Below, piece by piece: positions 1 to 13,318 of a stretch of DNA of 64,000 bases. Positions within the stretch are counted from its first letter, which is position 1. The number at the start of each line of letters is the position of its first letter. This stretch comes from Ophelia neglecta (lineage: Eukaryota), in NCBI GenBank assembly GCA_965285935.1, contig OZ260663.1, positions 61,876,001 through 61,940,000 of the forward strand, given 5' to 3'. The translations under genes and the position numbers were made by a program. The notes under the pieces are model-generated. The model was not told where the DNA came from. It searched no databases and saw nothing but the letters and a program-made list of their open reading frames with translations.

Positions 1-51
1 ATGAGTTTTATTGACCCTATAATTAAGATCAGTGTCCTATAATACATATAT

Positions 52-600
52 ATTGATTGATTGATTGATTGATTGATTAGGTTTATTCTCCTCAACTGTA
101 TGAGAGTAAAAGCACATTGTACAATGAATTATAACAATATAAAATACATAATATTTCAAACCAATAACGCTATAAAAGGTGAGCGTTTACAGCATATAAC
201 GCTATCTAATTTAATGATTCACATATGTATTCTTGAATATGGCCCTACAGAATGGCCCAAACGATTGGCAAACTAATTTCTTCACTTGTTCAGCATCTTT
301 TATGTCTAATAGCAAGGATATATTACTGCCCAGTAGCGTTACAAAAAACATCAGTATCACTGACGTTTTCAATGTTGATGAAATTTTCAACATCTACATT
401 ATCTATCTATACACGCAGACAACCGAGTCGCGACCGATTGGAACCAGATTGTGAACTTATTCCGGTCCTGGCAACATCGAAAATGTTTGTTTCCTGGTAG
501 ATTAATTCGCATTTGGTCTCGAATTGATCGAAAATAATGACATAGGGTGGTTTTGGTCATTCTTGGGGTTATATATTTCAAAATTTTCAATTACTAAATC
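52..600 (-). mobile_element. Decayed 3' end of a non-LTR retrotransposon (LINE) with a (CAAT)n tail
   Basis: On the minus strand AATAAA is followed by a (CAAT)n microsatellite (52-78), typical of LINE 3' ends. Upstream broken minus-strand frames (e.g. TLCHYF...) weakly resemble a LINE ORF2 C-terminus. Confidence 0.35.
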
Positions 601-1329
601 ATGCTTACAATATCTGCTCTCGTCTGCAACGAGCTGCCACATGATTTCATTGATTTCAAATATGCTGTTGTAGAGTCACGTGGACGGGTCGCAATGGACC
701 CCCCCCCCCCTCAGATAATGCCTGAACAGTATTAACTAAAAAAAAATTGCCTGTCGGAGATGACATCACTGTGCCTAGTTCAGTTCCCAACTGGGCAGGG
801 GGCAGCACTGCATATGACGAGTCCACATTAGGCTTAAGTTGTTACCTTGCAGCCCCAGTGAGCTCATTGAAATGTCACCATGCAAAAATGAAAGTTACAT
901 ATTTGGGAAGCCGTTATATATATTAATCATTCCTGCATTCTTTGTTTCGGTCACTTCGACGGGTGTGGAGAAAGTGCTAGTTAAACATATTCCCAAAATT
1001 GAATGGCAATGCGCATCTGAAATTAGACCAACTAAAAGCACTTGCTTATCACTGATTCTTTAATTGCATTCAACCTTTTCTGGTTCCTATTTCATGGTAC
1101 ACAAGTGTACTAAACGTTTTGAAAAGGCAAGCTATAATGTGGGCCGAGTTTTCCGGGGTGTGGGGGAGGGGGGGGTACATTATTGTTATTAAAAGACCAT
1201 CCTATCAATAAAGACACGCGTGATTGGGCAGCGTTTGCAGAGTCAATAACGTTGAATGTATTTTTAACGTTGTCATCGAGCAGTGTCGAGGCTTCATTAA
1301 CAAAGCAAGCCATTTAGGCATAGACCAGG

Positions 1330-4300
1330 TCGCCTAATTGTCTGCATTGAATCTTGGCAGTAATGGACCTGTAAAACATAACATTGTGTCACTTGCTAAA
1401 TCGAAAAAGATGAATGCGATAATGTTATTAGTCACATAAACCATTTAGCAATACTTTTAGTGAATAAGCCGAAAGTTCAGACAACACGCATATGCGGATA
1501 TTCACATGCACGACGCCGGGAAATATAATCGCTGTTATTGAAATAACCCTCAGAAGACGAATACATATAGGACACTTTTATAGGCCACCCTGGTGAAAGG
1601 TACACCTATTGCTTATCCGGTTATCCAACAATCAAGGCAAGCAGAAAAAGAGTAAATACGACCCTAACTTTCGAAGCAGCCATAAAGCCGATCTGAGCAA
1701 CATTCGGGAAGAGCTTGGATCTGGACAGTAACCAAATGTCCAAACAGTCATTTTATGCTCCTCATTATTTAATTCTGTCATATGATCACGCAAGTTCCGA
1801 TTATAAGATCGACTCAGCAAATATAAATGGATTTGATAGGAAAGTCCGATCTTTTACCGATCCCGCATGGCAAGTCAGCCGGTTGATACTCCCTGGGCCA
1901 TTCACTTGTCACGTTTGAGATCTGGTTCCTGTCTTATCCTACGCAGGCACACATCCGTGAAAAGGCCGAATCAGATATTTGGAGAATACTCAAAAAACTT
2001 TATGAATGAACAGGGTAACCTGTGCTATTCGTCCGATGATTAATAATGTACGATCTGCTGTAGGGATAATCCCGGCAGTTTTTCCCTGACATGCTTTATG
2101 GCGAGAAAAGACTGTCGAAACGATAACCAAAGGTTGAAAGCTGAAGGCTATGTATGTTCCAATTTGAAGTGAATATTCTGCTGGTTTAGGTTGATCACGA
2201 ACTAGAGAGCTATGCAGTCCAATAAATAAAAAAAACCAAATTCGTGACTAGTGGCCATTTGGCCACCTCTGTTGACCTATTAGGAAAAAAGCTGGTCGAT
2301 AGTTTGAGTGTTCTTGTCACAGTTTGGGTCATTCTACCAAATAAGCGCATAAATATTGCATTGTTAAATTGCCTCATGCAGGGTGAATATTACATTATAA
2401 TCTAGTTACCACAGACTCAGTGCCACTCTAGAAGGTCACAGGAACAGTCGCATGGGAAATTCATCTGTCAGCTCGGGGTTTGTTTCTCTTCAAGCTGGCC
2501 TTTGAAGCAAACACATCCTGCTCATTGTCGCACCTATTCAGCTCGGAGACAGGTCAAATTCATTAAATACAAACATATATGAAATATTCAGGCTTTCTTA
2601 ATAACGTGCTTTCTGGTTGGCCCCTTACCCGGCCATTGGAGAGTATCAATGAATCGAAATCTTGTATGGCAAATGGGCCCATCGGACCTCTTTGTGGTCT
2701 TCCGAATGTGCCGATTAAAAGTGATACCGATGAAAGTATCTCTTCAATAAACATAAAGCGGCCAGGTTGATTGTCCAGAGCAGTGTGTTTAATCTGCTGG
2801 GTGATTATCGTTTGATTCAATTTCCCTACAGCATTTGCCCACACCTGGGACATCACTGGCACCAACAGTTTCTTTACAGCTTTTATTGCTTGTCAAGTAT
2901 TAGGTGTGGTCTCTTGCAGGCGAAAGCCCACGTTCACGTGTTGAGTGGTCTCACAGCCTTATTTCATATGCAAGGGCGCCCTGCAGCCACCCAATATTTA
3001 ATATACTCATCGAATCCCGCTGGTGACTTGGATTCCTGAATGACTTGAACTCAATCTGCATAACTTTACACTAGAAGCCCTTTTACAAAGCCCTTGCGTC
3101 CTCGGTGCTCAATTTATCTGGCAAACCTGTCTTTTTATATTACTGTGCCCCCTTCCCTAGGGGTAGCAGGGAATATATTACATCTGCGGCCACCTTCGAA
3201 AGCGTTCATGGATATATAAGTCTCTTAAATGGGGCATTTCTTGACAATGTGCTTATTTAGTTTCTTGGGGGGACTAAACTTTGATTTGAAGAGCTCTCGC
3301 GTTATTTATCACGTGCCCATATAAAAACACTTATTCCGGTATGATTAAGACTCGATGCGCACATCATTAATACGGTAAACCCCGTAGGCTTAAGCGAGTT
3401 AATCAAGATTAAACATTGAGAGGACTTGATTGGACAAACGTAGGTTAAGTATGGGCTAGGTGCTCTTTGGCATTACTTAAACAGCTCAAAGTGGGCGAAG
3501 TTTACCTGGAGCTATTTGAATACATATTACAACCGGACACATTAAGCATTATTAACCCAAATGGCTAGGGGTTGTCCTGTCCTCCTCGCCTTGACAGGGC
3601 ACCCCCAGGATCATAATGGAAAGGGCCATGCGAGTGAGACGGTATTCCATGACCTTCAATTTCCTGAATTGTGGGGAGTATGAGAGGCTGTTGTTCTGTG
3701 CCATTTAGTTTTTCATTGCAACCCTTACATTGATTATCAATAGTTCATGAAACGTTGTAAGGTACCAATTTTTTTCGGAAGGAAAGATCATTGCCCTGAA
3801 TTAAAATGGCTCACATTTCTCGTAGGGTCAGCTACATTTTCCCGTCGGTCCTGGGTATTAATAGGCCTTTACCTACTAATTAAACATTGAGACTCTTCGT
3901 GTCAATTACTGCTTATTTAAAATCAATTATTACCATGGTGCTCTACATTGGGTAATAGCATTTATTGGAAAGCCCCCAGTCCCCTGACCCCGCCCATTTA
4001 CCACCTTAGTCCTCAGTACAAAATATGTATAGTTGTTGCAATGTTTGATGCAATCAGAAGATGCTACAGTATTGAATCGTGATCAATTGAGTCACTGTCA
4101 CTAACCGACACAAGGACGTTAGGTAATGTGTACAAGGATTAGATCTACATGTCTGGGACCTTAATGTTGGGCTTAATGGGTTTGCTTTCAATGAAATATA
4201 ACCTTTACAGCTGAATTAAGAATGTAGACCTTAATTATTTGATTTCTTATTACTGCCATCCATTCTGTATTATGATCCGGCTTTCCACCCAAGGCTTGAT

Positions 4301-5200
4301 GTATTCTTATATGTTTTGAATTCAATGGTAGCGAATGAATTTATTACAGTACGTAAAAATGGACCTAATTGCCTTGAAGGTCACACTAATAATACATGTA
4401 AGTTTTCTAACTACATCCTCCACGACTAGAAACCTCAGCAGTGTATTGAATTAATCTGGCACAATATTCAAGACAATAGGCAAGTTATTGTCATCCCGTG
4501 GAGGGCTTGCCGGTAAAAGAAAACGTGGCAATTGTAATGCCTTATTTGTATACGCCTTACATCAGGTTATCCAAATTGTCTGCATGATAATGATTATATC
4601 ATAAATTTAAAAACCAATAATCTATTAAGATTTTGAATCCTACTATATTTTCCTGGATCAAGTATACTTGTTTGAATGTCTAAGGTTTTTTTCACTCGTC
4701 CCACTGAACAAACTGGGACTTTTTTGTGTTTTTGTTTACCTTCATGGGAGGTGGCCACCCAGCATGGTGCAGACCCGCGGCGGTCGATGCATCAGTTTAG
4801 GACAAAACCAATCAATTAGAGCACACTGTTGGTGTTTTATTCCCTCAACTTCGATTTCTCATTAATACCCAGGGGAGTCTTAAAGAAATTGGCTGGAACA
4901 AATTACCTGGTAATGGCGGTGGACCTGTTGAGCTGGTCGAGACTCGTCATAGACCTTTCAGGCGAGTCGGCTTCAATTCCCGACCAAGTCCATTGCTAAG
5001 AACCGACCCCGAAGCCCTACCTTTCAGCTCAGACGCCAATCTATTATAATACTCCGCCAACTCCCCTGCAGCCTCGGGGACCGGGGGCGTGTTGCCCTTC
5101 AGAATACGGTCAATTGCTGCCCGTGTCCGATATCACTCAGCTAGATAGAATGATGCAAGCGGCCCAGCAGTAACCACCTGAACCCTAACTCCAGTCTAGA
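1330..5200 (+). mobile_element. Highly degenerate LINE ORF2 (APE endonuclease plus RT), L1/Tx1-like fossil
   Basis: Ordered motif remnants in shifting + frames with many stops: ALNLGSNGPVKHNIVSLAKSKKMNAIMLLVT (~1340, APE N-terminus); LSYDH..AWQVSRLIL (~1775-1890, SDH and WKLN-like); MANGPIGPLCGLP (~2667, like GKSPGPDGLP); LLKQLKVGEVYLELF...NPNG...LDR(G)TPQGS-like (~3470-3615, RT motif). The 3' boundary is approximate. Confidence 0.5.
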
Positions 5201-8200
5201 TGGAAAGCGGAAGGCAGCCCACCAATAAGAGTAGAGTCTATACAGAAATCTCGACCTGTTTAAACGAATTTACTCATGAGATGATAGCTTATCTAGCAAT
5301 TTTGTTCTGGTATGACGCAATAAATTGGACCATCATTTAAAGAATTATATAGATAGAGATTTTTCCGAAGAGCCTTATAACCTTAATGGGGTTGAGAATA
5401 CGATGCTGGCAATATAATCCGTTGAAATCAAGGTTCAGACTTAGATCATTGGTTACCCTACTAACAGGCAAGCTTGTAGGAAAGTTTCCATGTGTCCACA
5501 AGAGCGCCCTGCGCGGGCAGGAAAGACCTGCAATGAGGTAAGTCGTATAATGTAGGGCGAATTTACATTTAAATAAAAAAAGGTTGTGACAATGTCTCGC
5601 AGAATTTAATAATTTAAATGAAATTTACTGACATTTTCAGAACAGGCTATGCATTGTATACTAGACAAAGAATAAGCGGTAGAAGACCCATTTGGACATT
5701 TTTTCGGGTATTTAACTTAACTTAATTGGAAATTGACATTGCAAAGGCATATGTTGGTGTATCCAAGTTTAAAACGAGGCCTAAGTCTATTGCTTAAAAA
5801 GCATCAGCTTTAAAATACCATGGCAATAAACCAATTTTAACGGTAACAGGGGCTAATCTACCGTGATGCACGGACGCACGTGCGTCATCCCTGGCCTGTA
5901 TTTAAATGCCCTATTTTCTCTAAAAATTAATCGTTAATTTAAAAATATTATGTGCATCCACCCTAAAAAATCCTGGATAAGCCCCTGGGTAAATCGACCT
6001 ATTTAGTACTTTGTTATAAAATTAATCCGCATACCTATCTCAATCAGTATAAAAAACAACTGTTTTTGCTAGAATGTTCAGATTTAATTTAATGAAACAA
6101 ATTGAGCCAATCGTTGTATATAATTTCACAATCCAAGCTAATGTTCATCAATATCTTAACATTAAAATTCAGAACAGACAGATAAATCAAATATCCCAGG
6201 AATGTTTAGGTAAGGTTTAATGTCAACAACATAAACTGCGACAGGCAAATCATTGAATAAGCCAGTCATATTACGGGTATACAGTTTGCACACGAGGCAA
6301 AATAATGACGTAATTTTCCTTACTTTTCATTGTGGTTTGTCGATAATCTTAAATAATTATATCCATTTTGGTGATGATGTTGCTCCTAGTATATGAATAT
6401 TTGTTGTTGTCTTTTTGCATTTTTTTATTTTTGAAGGTTTACATTTCACAGTGCTTCGAAGATTCGGACCAAACCACAAATTCAAATCCAAATAAAAAGG
6501 CCATTGGTTTGAAAATGTGACAATAGTTGATAATGTGTCTGGGGTGGCATGCTTTAAATTTCTGATATCCGCGGGTTAATTGCCTCCTTCATCTATTTTG
6601 TTTCAAATTTTGTAGAATTTTTGTTCAGAAAAAAATACATGATGTAAATTTTCATAATCAAATTGAGGCAGCGAGCATAAGTCGCGTGCCGGTCCGAATT
6701 AAAACCGAAAGTTTGCTCGCCTGATAGCTCGTGTTCATCCGCCAACATGTAGTGCTCTCATCGTCTTGAGATCTATACGCTCCGTGATGGAATACTCTGC
6801 CCTGTGAAGTTAGTTTAGCCATTATGGAGTATTAAAGGTAAGCTCATCTATATATTCGCATTTAAATTGACAGCGTAATACGTCCAACATATACAGCTGC
6901 TCATAGTATATTGACTCTTTGATCAAGTTAGAAGAAACCTCAGTATATTGGCTCTGGATGGGGTATACAGAATAATATAGGCCTAATATTTGGCTGATTA
7001 ATAACAACAAACAGGTTTTTACTGTCTAGCATATTGTGTGTTATTATTTTTATATAATAATTCAGACAATGTAACTGATAAGACAATATTGTTTTTGACG
7101 AGTAAATAACATTCAAGTTCAAATATATATACATCATAAACTAATTTTACTTTATTCTGAATACTATAAAGTTACTGGTTTGACATGCTAAGTATAATGA
7201 TTAGCATTTCCATAACCCCTCATCGCGAAAGGGACATACTAATATTTCATGATTCTACTTTTACAGTGCTAATTTCTTCCTATTATAGGAGTGGGTGGCT
7301 TAAAATTACAAGCAGTTTGAAAGAGTGAACCTTAAATGACTCCGAGGCATGCCTGCTTGACTATATAAGCTGCATTCACTCAGCTGTGAAGATGATACAC
7401 CAAACAGGTTGGCAAGAAATCAAAGGTAGAAATTATACACTTCTTTGCTATCCTTTGTTTCAATCTCGTGGAAAAAGAGCAAAACTAACAATACTATTTA
7501 CATAAGCTGATTACATTCTTGACGAATATTTTCGTGCCACGAGCTTACTTTTATATCAAAGCGTAGCAATTATAAGTTAATTCAGTGTTTGAGTCAAAGA
7601 ACATTACTTTTCCCGCCAGTATAGAGTTCATTTTAGCAGCATTATATTGACGCCGTTATTCTCAATCGATGGCAAACATGTATAAGTACAAGCTGTTTTG
7701 ATTCAGAAAGAAGTTCCGGCTCCGGAAGGAACATCAGGAAATCTTGGAGTCAGACTAACGTCATTTAGGCCTACAGCCAATAGCAAGACAGGTTTATTCA
7801 GCACTACTCTCCTTTATTAAATTTCCAATATGGAGAAAGCTCTGGGAACTTCTAGACAGAAGGGTACAGAGTATGCGACAAATTCATCACACAAAATCAT
7901 ATCCGGTAAGCCAAGGAAACATATATTTACACAGAGCTAGCGTCGAAATTAAAGAATCGCTTAACAAAATTTGGTCGCAAAAAATCAACCCATCTGCTGT
8001 CGCTTCAGGAGATGATAATACTATTTAAGACTATTTTCTCTTAAAAACAATGACCACAACTATGCTCACCTGGTTATTTGAGAAGCTTGTTATTTAATCT
8101 ATAATATTTAATCGGGTGATCGTACAAAGTGGGACAGCCGATTTAATACGAAAATAACAAGAACGTCCAATCGTCACTACCAGTCTAATCTCTATTTTAT

Positions 8201-8860
8201 ATTTGGCCCATACATTTATGCAATGTATGATCGGCATGGTATGGAGAGATGATAGATTGTCTCCATCTGATAAGAATTATAAACAACAAGAAAACACAAG
8301 AAAGTGTGTATTAACGTTACCATTCTGTTGTAGTGTTTAGACGACAAAGGCAAGAGGATATTATTTAGTTTCATTACAGTTCTGCTGATGTCTACTATTT
8401 TATCTGCCGTACGAGTCATTCGACTCTAAACCGGCCCGCCTCTCCTTGGACAAATGCAATATAACATTTAACAATCTACAACCAGGCAGTTAGTTCCGGT
8501 TTTCCATTAGTATCAGTTATCGATGTATTTTTTCAATTTTCAAAAATCGCCAAACAATAGTAGTATCAAAGGAGATCCCTTTTATTATTTTCCGGCGGCA
8601 ACAGCATGCTAAGTGTTCAGCAGTACCTTAACTTGCATCTTTCACAGCGATTTCCTCCTATCTTCTTTTCATTAGTAAATTTGTTATGATTGTTAAAACC
8701 CACTCCTATTATTCATTGTATAATCTGTCATCCACCTCGAGGCTTTTTAAGCATTTTGGCATTTCGCCTCATGACACTGTGTTGGCTGTATAATTTATTT
8801 TCTACATAAGATAATTCTTTGTACACCTCCTATATACGCTACATTAAGACCCATTTTCGA

Positions 8861-8981
8861 ATGCATTTGTTTTTCATTATATCTATGTACTATCTTTGTA
8901 ATTTCGAGCTATTGTTATCTATTCTACTCTTCACAATGTACTTATATGTTAATAAAGGAATACCTTCAATGCACGTTGTAG
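8861..8981 (+). CDS. Candidate signal-peptide exon of hairpin-peptide gene 1
   Basis: ATG at 8861 (or 8885) opens (MHLFFIIS)MYYLCNFELLLSILLFTMYLYVNKG-IPSMHVV. It ends at a strong phase-1 donor G|gtgagt, matching the phase-1 acceptor at 13099. A TATA-like TATATA lies at ~8831. Confidence 0.5.
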
Positions 8982-9599
8982 GTGAGTTTCGTATAGCAAT
9001 AGTCTAATGGCAATTTTTCAAGTAATCTAAATTCACCGATATCTTTAATAAAGTGTCCGTTAACTAAAAACTAATGTACGCTTATCTAGCCTTCTGGAAA
9101 TGGTCCCAGTTTTAACTTCGTTTAACGCTGTAACAAAGGAAATGCATTCTACACTTAGTAAAATCTGTTAGAGAAGTCGTGTGAATCTTTTTACCGAAAC
9201 GGTATGTCATTTTACACGATTTAGCAACTCAGAAGACACAATCTTATATACACCATGACGTTGCAGTTTATGTGCAACATCTATTGTGACGTTGCTAAGA
9301 AAGAAACAAGTGCTGGCACCTGTCCTTTTAACCTAGTTCCTAACACCCTCCATGAAACTAAAGTTCCGAAGGTGTGCGAGATTCATAAGATATGTGATGT
9401 TTTCAACTTTTTCGAATGTACTGATTACAATCATATTTTCATTGAACAACTAGGGAAAAAAATATATTCAACTATCTGTGTTCGGTTGACAAACACTTAG
9501 TGCATCCACCTGAAAGAAATGTTACTCGGTTGTATCCCAATACAAAAGGGTTAGTATAATGCACATTATTTCCGTTTGAATACCTGGTGCATTTATTTA

Positions 9600-10065
9600 A
9601 CAAGATGATTTCTGGTACTATGGATGCACCCACATAAAAGGTTACTACTATGCATAAACTCACATGGCTTATACTAGATTAATAGCGGGTATGACTTATA
9701 ATGGGTTATTACTATGCAGGCACCAATGTGACTTACAATAGGTCTTTACTATGCATGTACCCTTATGAATAATAATCTAGGTTATTACTATGCATGCAGT
9801 CAAATGACTTTATTAGGTTTATACTACGTATCACCCTCATGACTTACAATATAGCTTATTACTATGCATGCAGCCATGTGACCTATAATTATTATAACTC
9901 TGCATGTACCCACATAAATTTTAATAGGTTGTTACTATGCATTCACCCACATAACTTCTAAGATGATGCACCCATGTGTCTTACAATAGGCTATTACAGT
10001 TATACGTGTCCCCTCCTCGTATATAATGGGTCGGTCATTACTATGCATGCACCCACATGACTTAT
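9600..10065. repeat. Degenerate ~37-bp minisatellite (~12 copies)
   Basis: Repeated consensus TGCACCCACATGACTTATAATAGGTTATTACTATGCA. Confidence 0.85.
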
Positions 10066-12022
10066 CTTCGGAAAATATTTCCGATCTGGAAAACCTTGCC
10101 ATCGCATTTACTTTCTACTCTTAATCACATTATTTTATTTAAGGTAGATTGGATTTACTAGTATATTAGTTCATGAACACATAAATATTCTCGTGCCGAA
10201 CAAGGCCCTTTCAAATTTTACTTATATGAATCCAAGTGAATCATAAGATGCCCCTCTATGTCACCAGTTTAATGGGGTTGTTTTTAGTGTAGATAACCAA
10301 CAGGATCCAATATAACCCATGCTTACTTTGAAAGCTTCTACCGCCTACCACAGGAACTTATTCCGCGTAGCTGTGTTGTGGACTGTAATCCCGTTGTGGT
10401 GCATACTGGGCGTAGCGGATGTGGTGGGCACGCCGAGCTTGGACTTGCTTACGGAGCACCGATCTGGGGCAATCCGGTGCCATCAGGGTGACACACCCAC
10501 ATTCATTCTTCCCCATTCCTCAACAAACTGGCCACTTACCTAATTAATGAGTCACTAGGTACTCCTAATCTTTTGTCTAGAGCACTATCTAAACATCATA
10601 TCCTCGATCTATATCAAACAAATTTTAATACGTAAACTCTCATGCGCCTCCCAGGAACATAACATTATGTATAGAAGATTTGGGTGGCAGTATTTCAAAG
10701 ACAAAGAAGAATATAGAATCTGACTCATTATCGGCATAGTTGAGACACATTTTTCCAATCATTGAACCTTGAGTTCTACAGGATTCATATTTGGGCGTCT
10801 GGAATGCAGTAGTATGTGTTTTTTACACAAGAACTGTAACCCGTATTATCAGTGCCGTCTATTTAAAATAAGAATTACCAACAAATAACTTGTTTTCAAA
10901 CAGTGGGGTGTGAGGACTCCTGGGAAAATAAGGGGCTATTTTTGCAGTTGCCATAACCGATATTTTATAAATCGATCATTGGGTCTGGTCAGGTTTAACT
11001 ACCTTATAAGTTGAAGCAGATGAATTGCATTGCCTTCTAGTCCCATATGTGGCACGGCTGTTGTACATGACCTTTAATTCCGCCGGAAGGGCCTGCTTTC
11101 TAATGGATACCAGAAACATTAAATCCAGAGTGCGGGGCCTGGGAGCATTGGGTTTCATCATTTCTAAAAAATTAATATAGTTTCAAACAGATTAACTACT
11201 TTTCAGATGTTCATATAGGTTCTACAAAAAGGAACCTACACTCTGTACACTATCTGTTCGACGGCTGTGGGAAACATAATGTAGTGACACCCCTAGTCTT
11301 GCCACTTCGGCTCCCCTTTTCTTTTATGATCACTAAAAAATGTTTTTTAAATCATTTCTATATGGCTGTTTTGAGACTTTTAAATATCTACAATTTTTAA
11401 AACTAAAAGTTGAACTCTTACACAATCAGACGTCAGGTTACTACTCACGGCTTGTAAACTAGGCTATGACATCCAAGCAATGGATCGGATATTACGTTTA
11501 AAATGTGCAGGTGTCAGATGTGTTACTGTATGCTTTATTGTAACATTTTCAGGCCCACTCAGTAAACACTAACGCACCGGGCTCAAAAGATGCCCCGCCT
11601 AACATGTCACCGACCTTGGTTTTGGATGCGGATGCTCGAACACACATTTAAAAGCCTCTTTAAATTAGAGCACAACTTGAATTAACCCTAGATTGAACAA
11701 AACTTTCAATTTTCCTAAATAAACTCCTCTGGTCCATTGTTCTAGAATGACCCGAAGTATTCAGTCTAAGAATGACTAACAATTTCGTTGAAAAGTAACA
11801 CGTCACAGGTAGCCATGACTATATCTATCCAAAGCTATAAAATGCTCCCGAAACAAGTCCGCCTTTAATCATCGAAGAAAAATTGAATTTATTTGCACAT
11901 GCAAAAACAAGTGGTTTCCTCAAATTAGAGGCTTTGGGTCGGCAACCACTTGGAGCATCTGTTAATGCAGGGGAAGTTTAGTTCGGAAACAGGCCGAGAG
12001 CATACTACTACTACTACTACTA

Positions 12023-12171
12023 CAGTGAAACCTGCCTGGCAATTCAGACCACTTATATGAATACCATAGGATACTCTTTCAATGTAAAATAACCTGTCTA
12101 AACAGAAAACCTCCTTAATCAGACCAGTATTTTCTAGTCCCTTGGGTGGTCTTAATTTTCAGGTTTCACTA
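12023..12171. mobile_element. Tc1/mariner-type MITE
   Basis: TIR CAGTGAAACCTG...CAGGTTTCACT with TA flanks. The same family occurs at 62790-62952 and 57411-58960. Confidence 0.7.
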
Positions 12172-13098
12172 TACTTCAATTGGATATAATTAAAGCTCAG
12201 TAAATCCATGGAGGTTTATGGTCATTTTAAGAATAACGCGTCATTACTTTAAGATGCCTGATTAAATTGAAGTTGCACTGACTATGTTGAGCTCATCGTA
12301 AACATGTTTCTTGGTCTAACAAGTCAAGCTCCTTCACGGAAATAGGTCGCTATATTTTGTGGAAACTTTTGATTATTAACTTTTACCATAGGTGTGCTAA
12401 AATTTGTGATTTTATATGTTGCTCTGACTCTGTTATGTAGCTTTTCATCACATCATAATCAGCCAACTTTATTAAGATTAAATCCCTTAGCTGTTTTCTG
12501 TCTTCATACACATAGCATTCAAATATGGATTGAGAGTATATGGGAGCTCATTTATACTGCTCAACTGGCTTTTCTAGGACACTTGACCTTGGCCTATATT
12601 TGCAATGACCCTTTATTCATATGCTTACGACTGTAATTTTGCATATAGAGATAACAAACCAATTATCTTATGGTGACCTTGGGTTCAACCAGCTGGGCAA
12701 TGGAGGTCGAGGCGCACCCTTAGGACACTATACTAACTAGACAAAAACCCAAAACTTCACGAATCTACGTTCCTCTGAAAATCAGACTTAACCCAAATTT
12801 ACAAAAGTTGTCGTTTATTTATTATGTAATCATTATTTACATTATATAAGTTAACATTCATATATTAGATAATAATTATTTATCCTGGACCAATCCTTGT
12901 CTTATGTTTGATGATAATGTGGTTATGTGCCAAAAAATTTGACTTCATTTAGAATTTCGTTAGTTTTTAAAGCCGGAAGATTGAGTAAAAATTGAATGCT
13001 AAAATGTGATTTATCCTTAAGTTATTACTTTGGTCATATTGATCGTTAATTGTATAAGGCAAAAATTTAATGTAAGTTATTTAATATTTCCTTTTCAG

Positions 13099-13318
13099 TG
13101 CGAGGTGAGCTCTACCCCTCCTCGGACTTGTCGCAACTCGTCCAAGGCTGGAACATGCTTCAGAGGGTGATAAAACACAGAAGGCTCTCCTCGGATCTAG
13201 CAGTGGCGTCCTCATTCTTGAAGGCTGTTGATCAGAAACGAGGTGCCGGAAGTTGTATAAACGCATGCGTCAGCAATTCTGGAATGGGAATCTACAAGTG
13301 CAGGGGACTGTGCAAGTG
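13099..13318 (+). CDS. Hairpin-peptide gene 1, main coding exon: propeptide, KR, mature GAGSCINACVSNSGMGIYKCRGLCK
   Basis: Acceptor ttttcag|, clear homology to exons at 24297 and 31484, dibasic KR, C-X3-C-X10-C-X3-C. Donor TG|gtaggc; the stop TGA is completed by the first A of the exon at 16703. Confidence 0.85.

Noticed and set aside
12394-12636. Hydrophobic ORF VLKFVILYVALTLLC as the signal exon of peptide gene 1
   Set aside because: It starts with GTG and has no convincing phase-1 donor; 8861-8981 has an ATG and a canonical G|gtgagt.
13244-13318. Eclosion-hormone identity of the peptides (CIxxC...CxxxC resemblance)
   Set aside because: Eclosion hormone has six Cys, different spacing and a much longer mature peptide; here there are four Cys in 23-25 aa.
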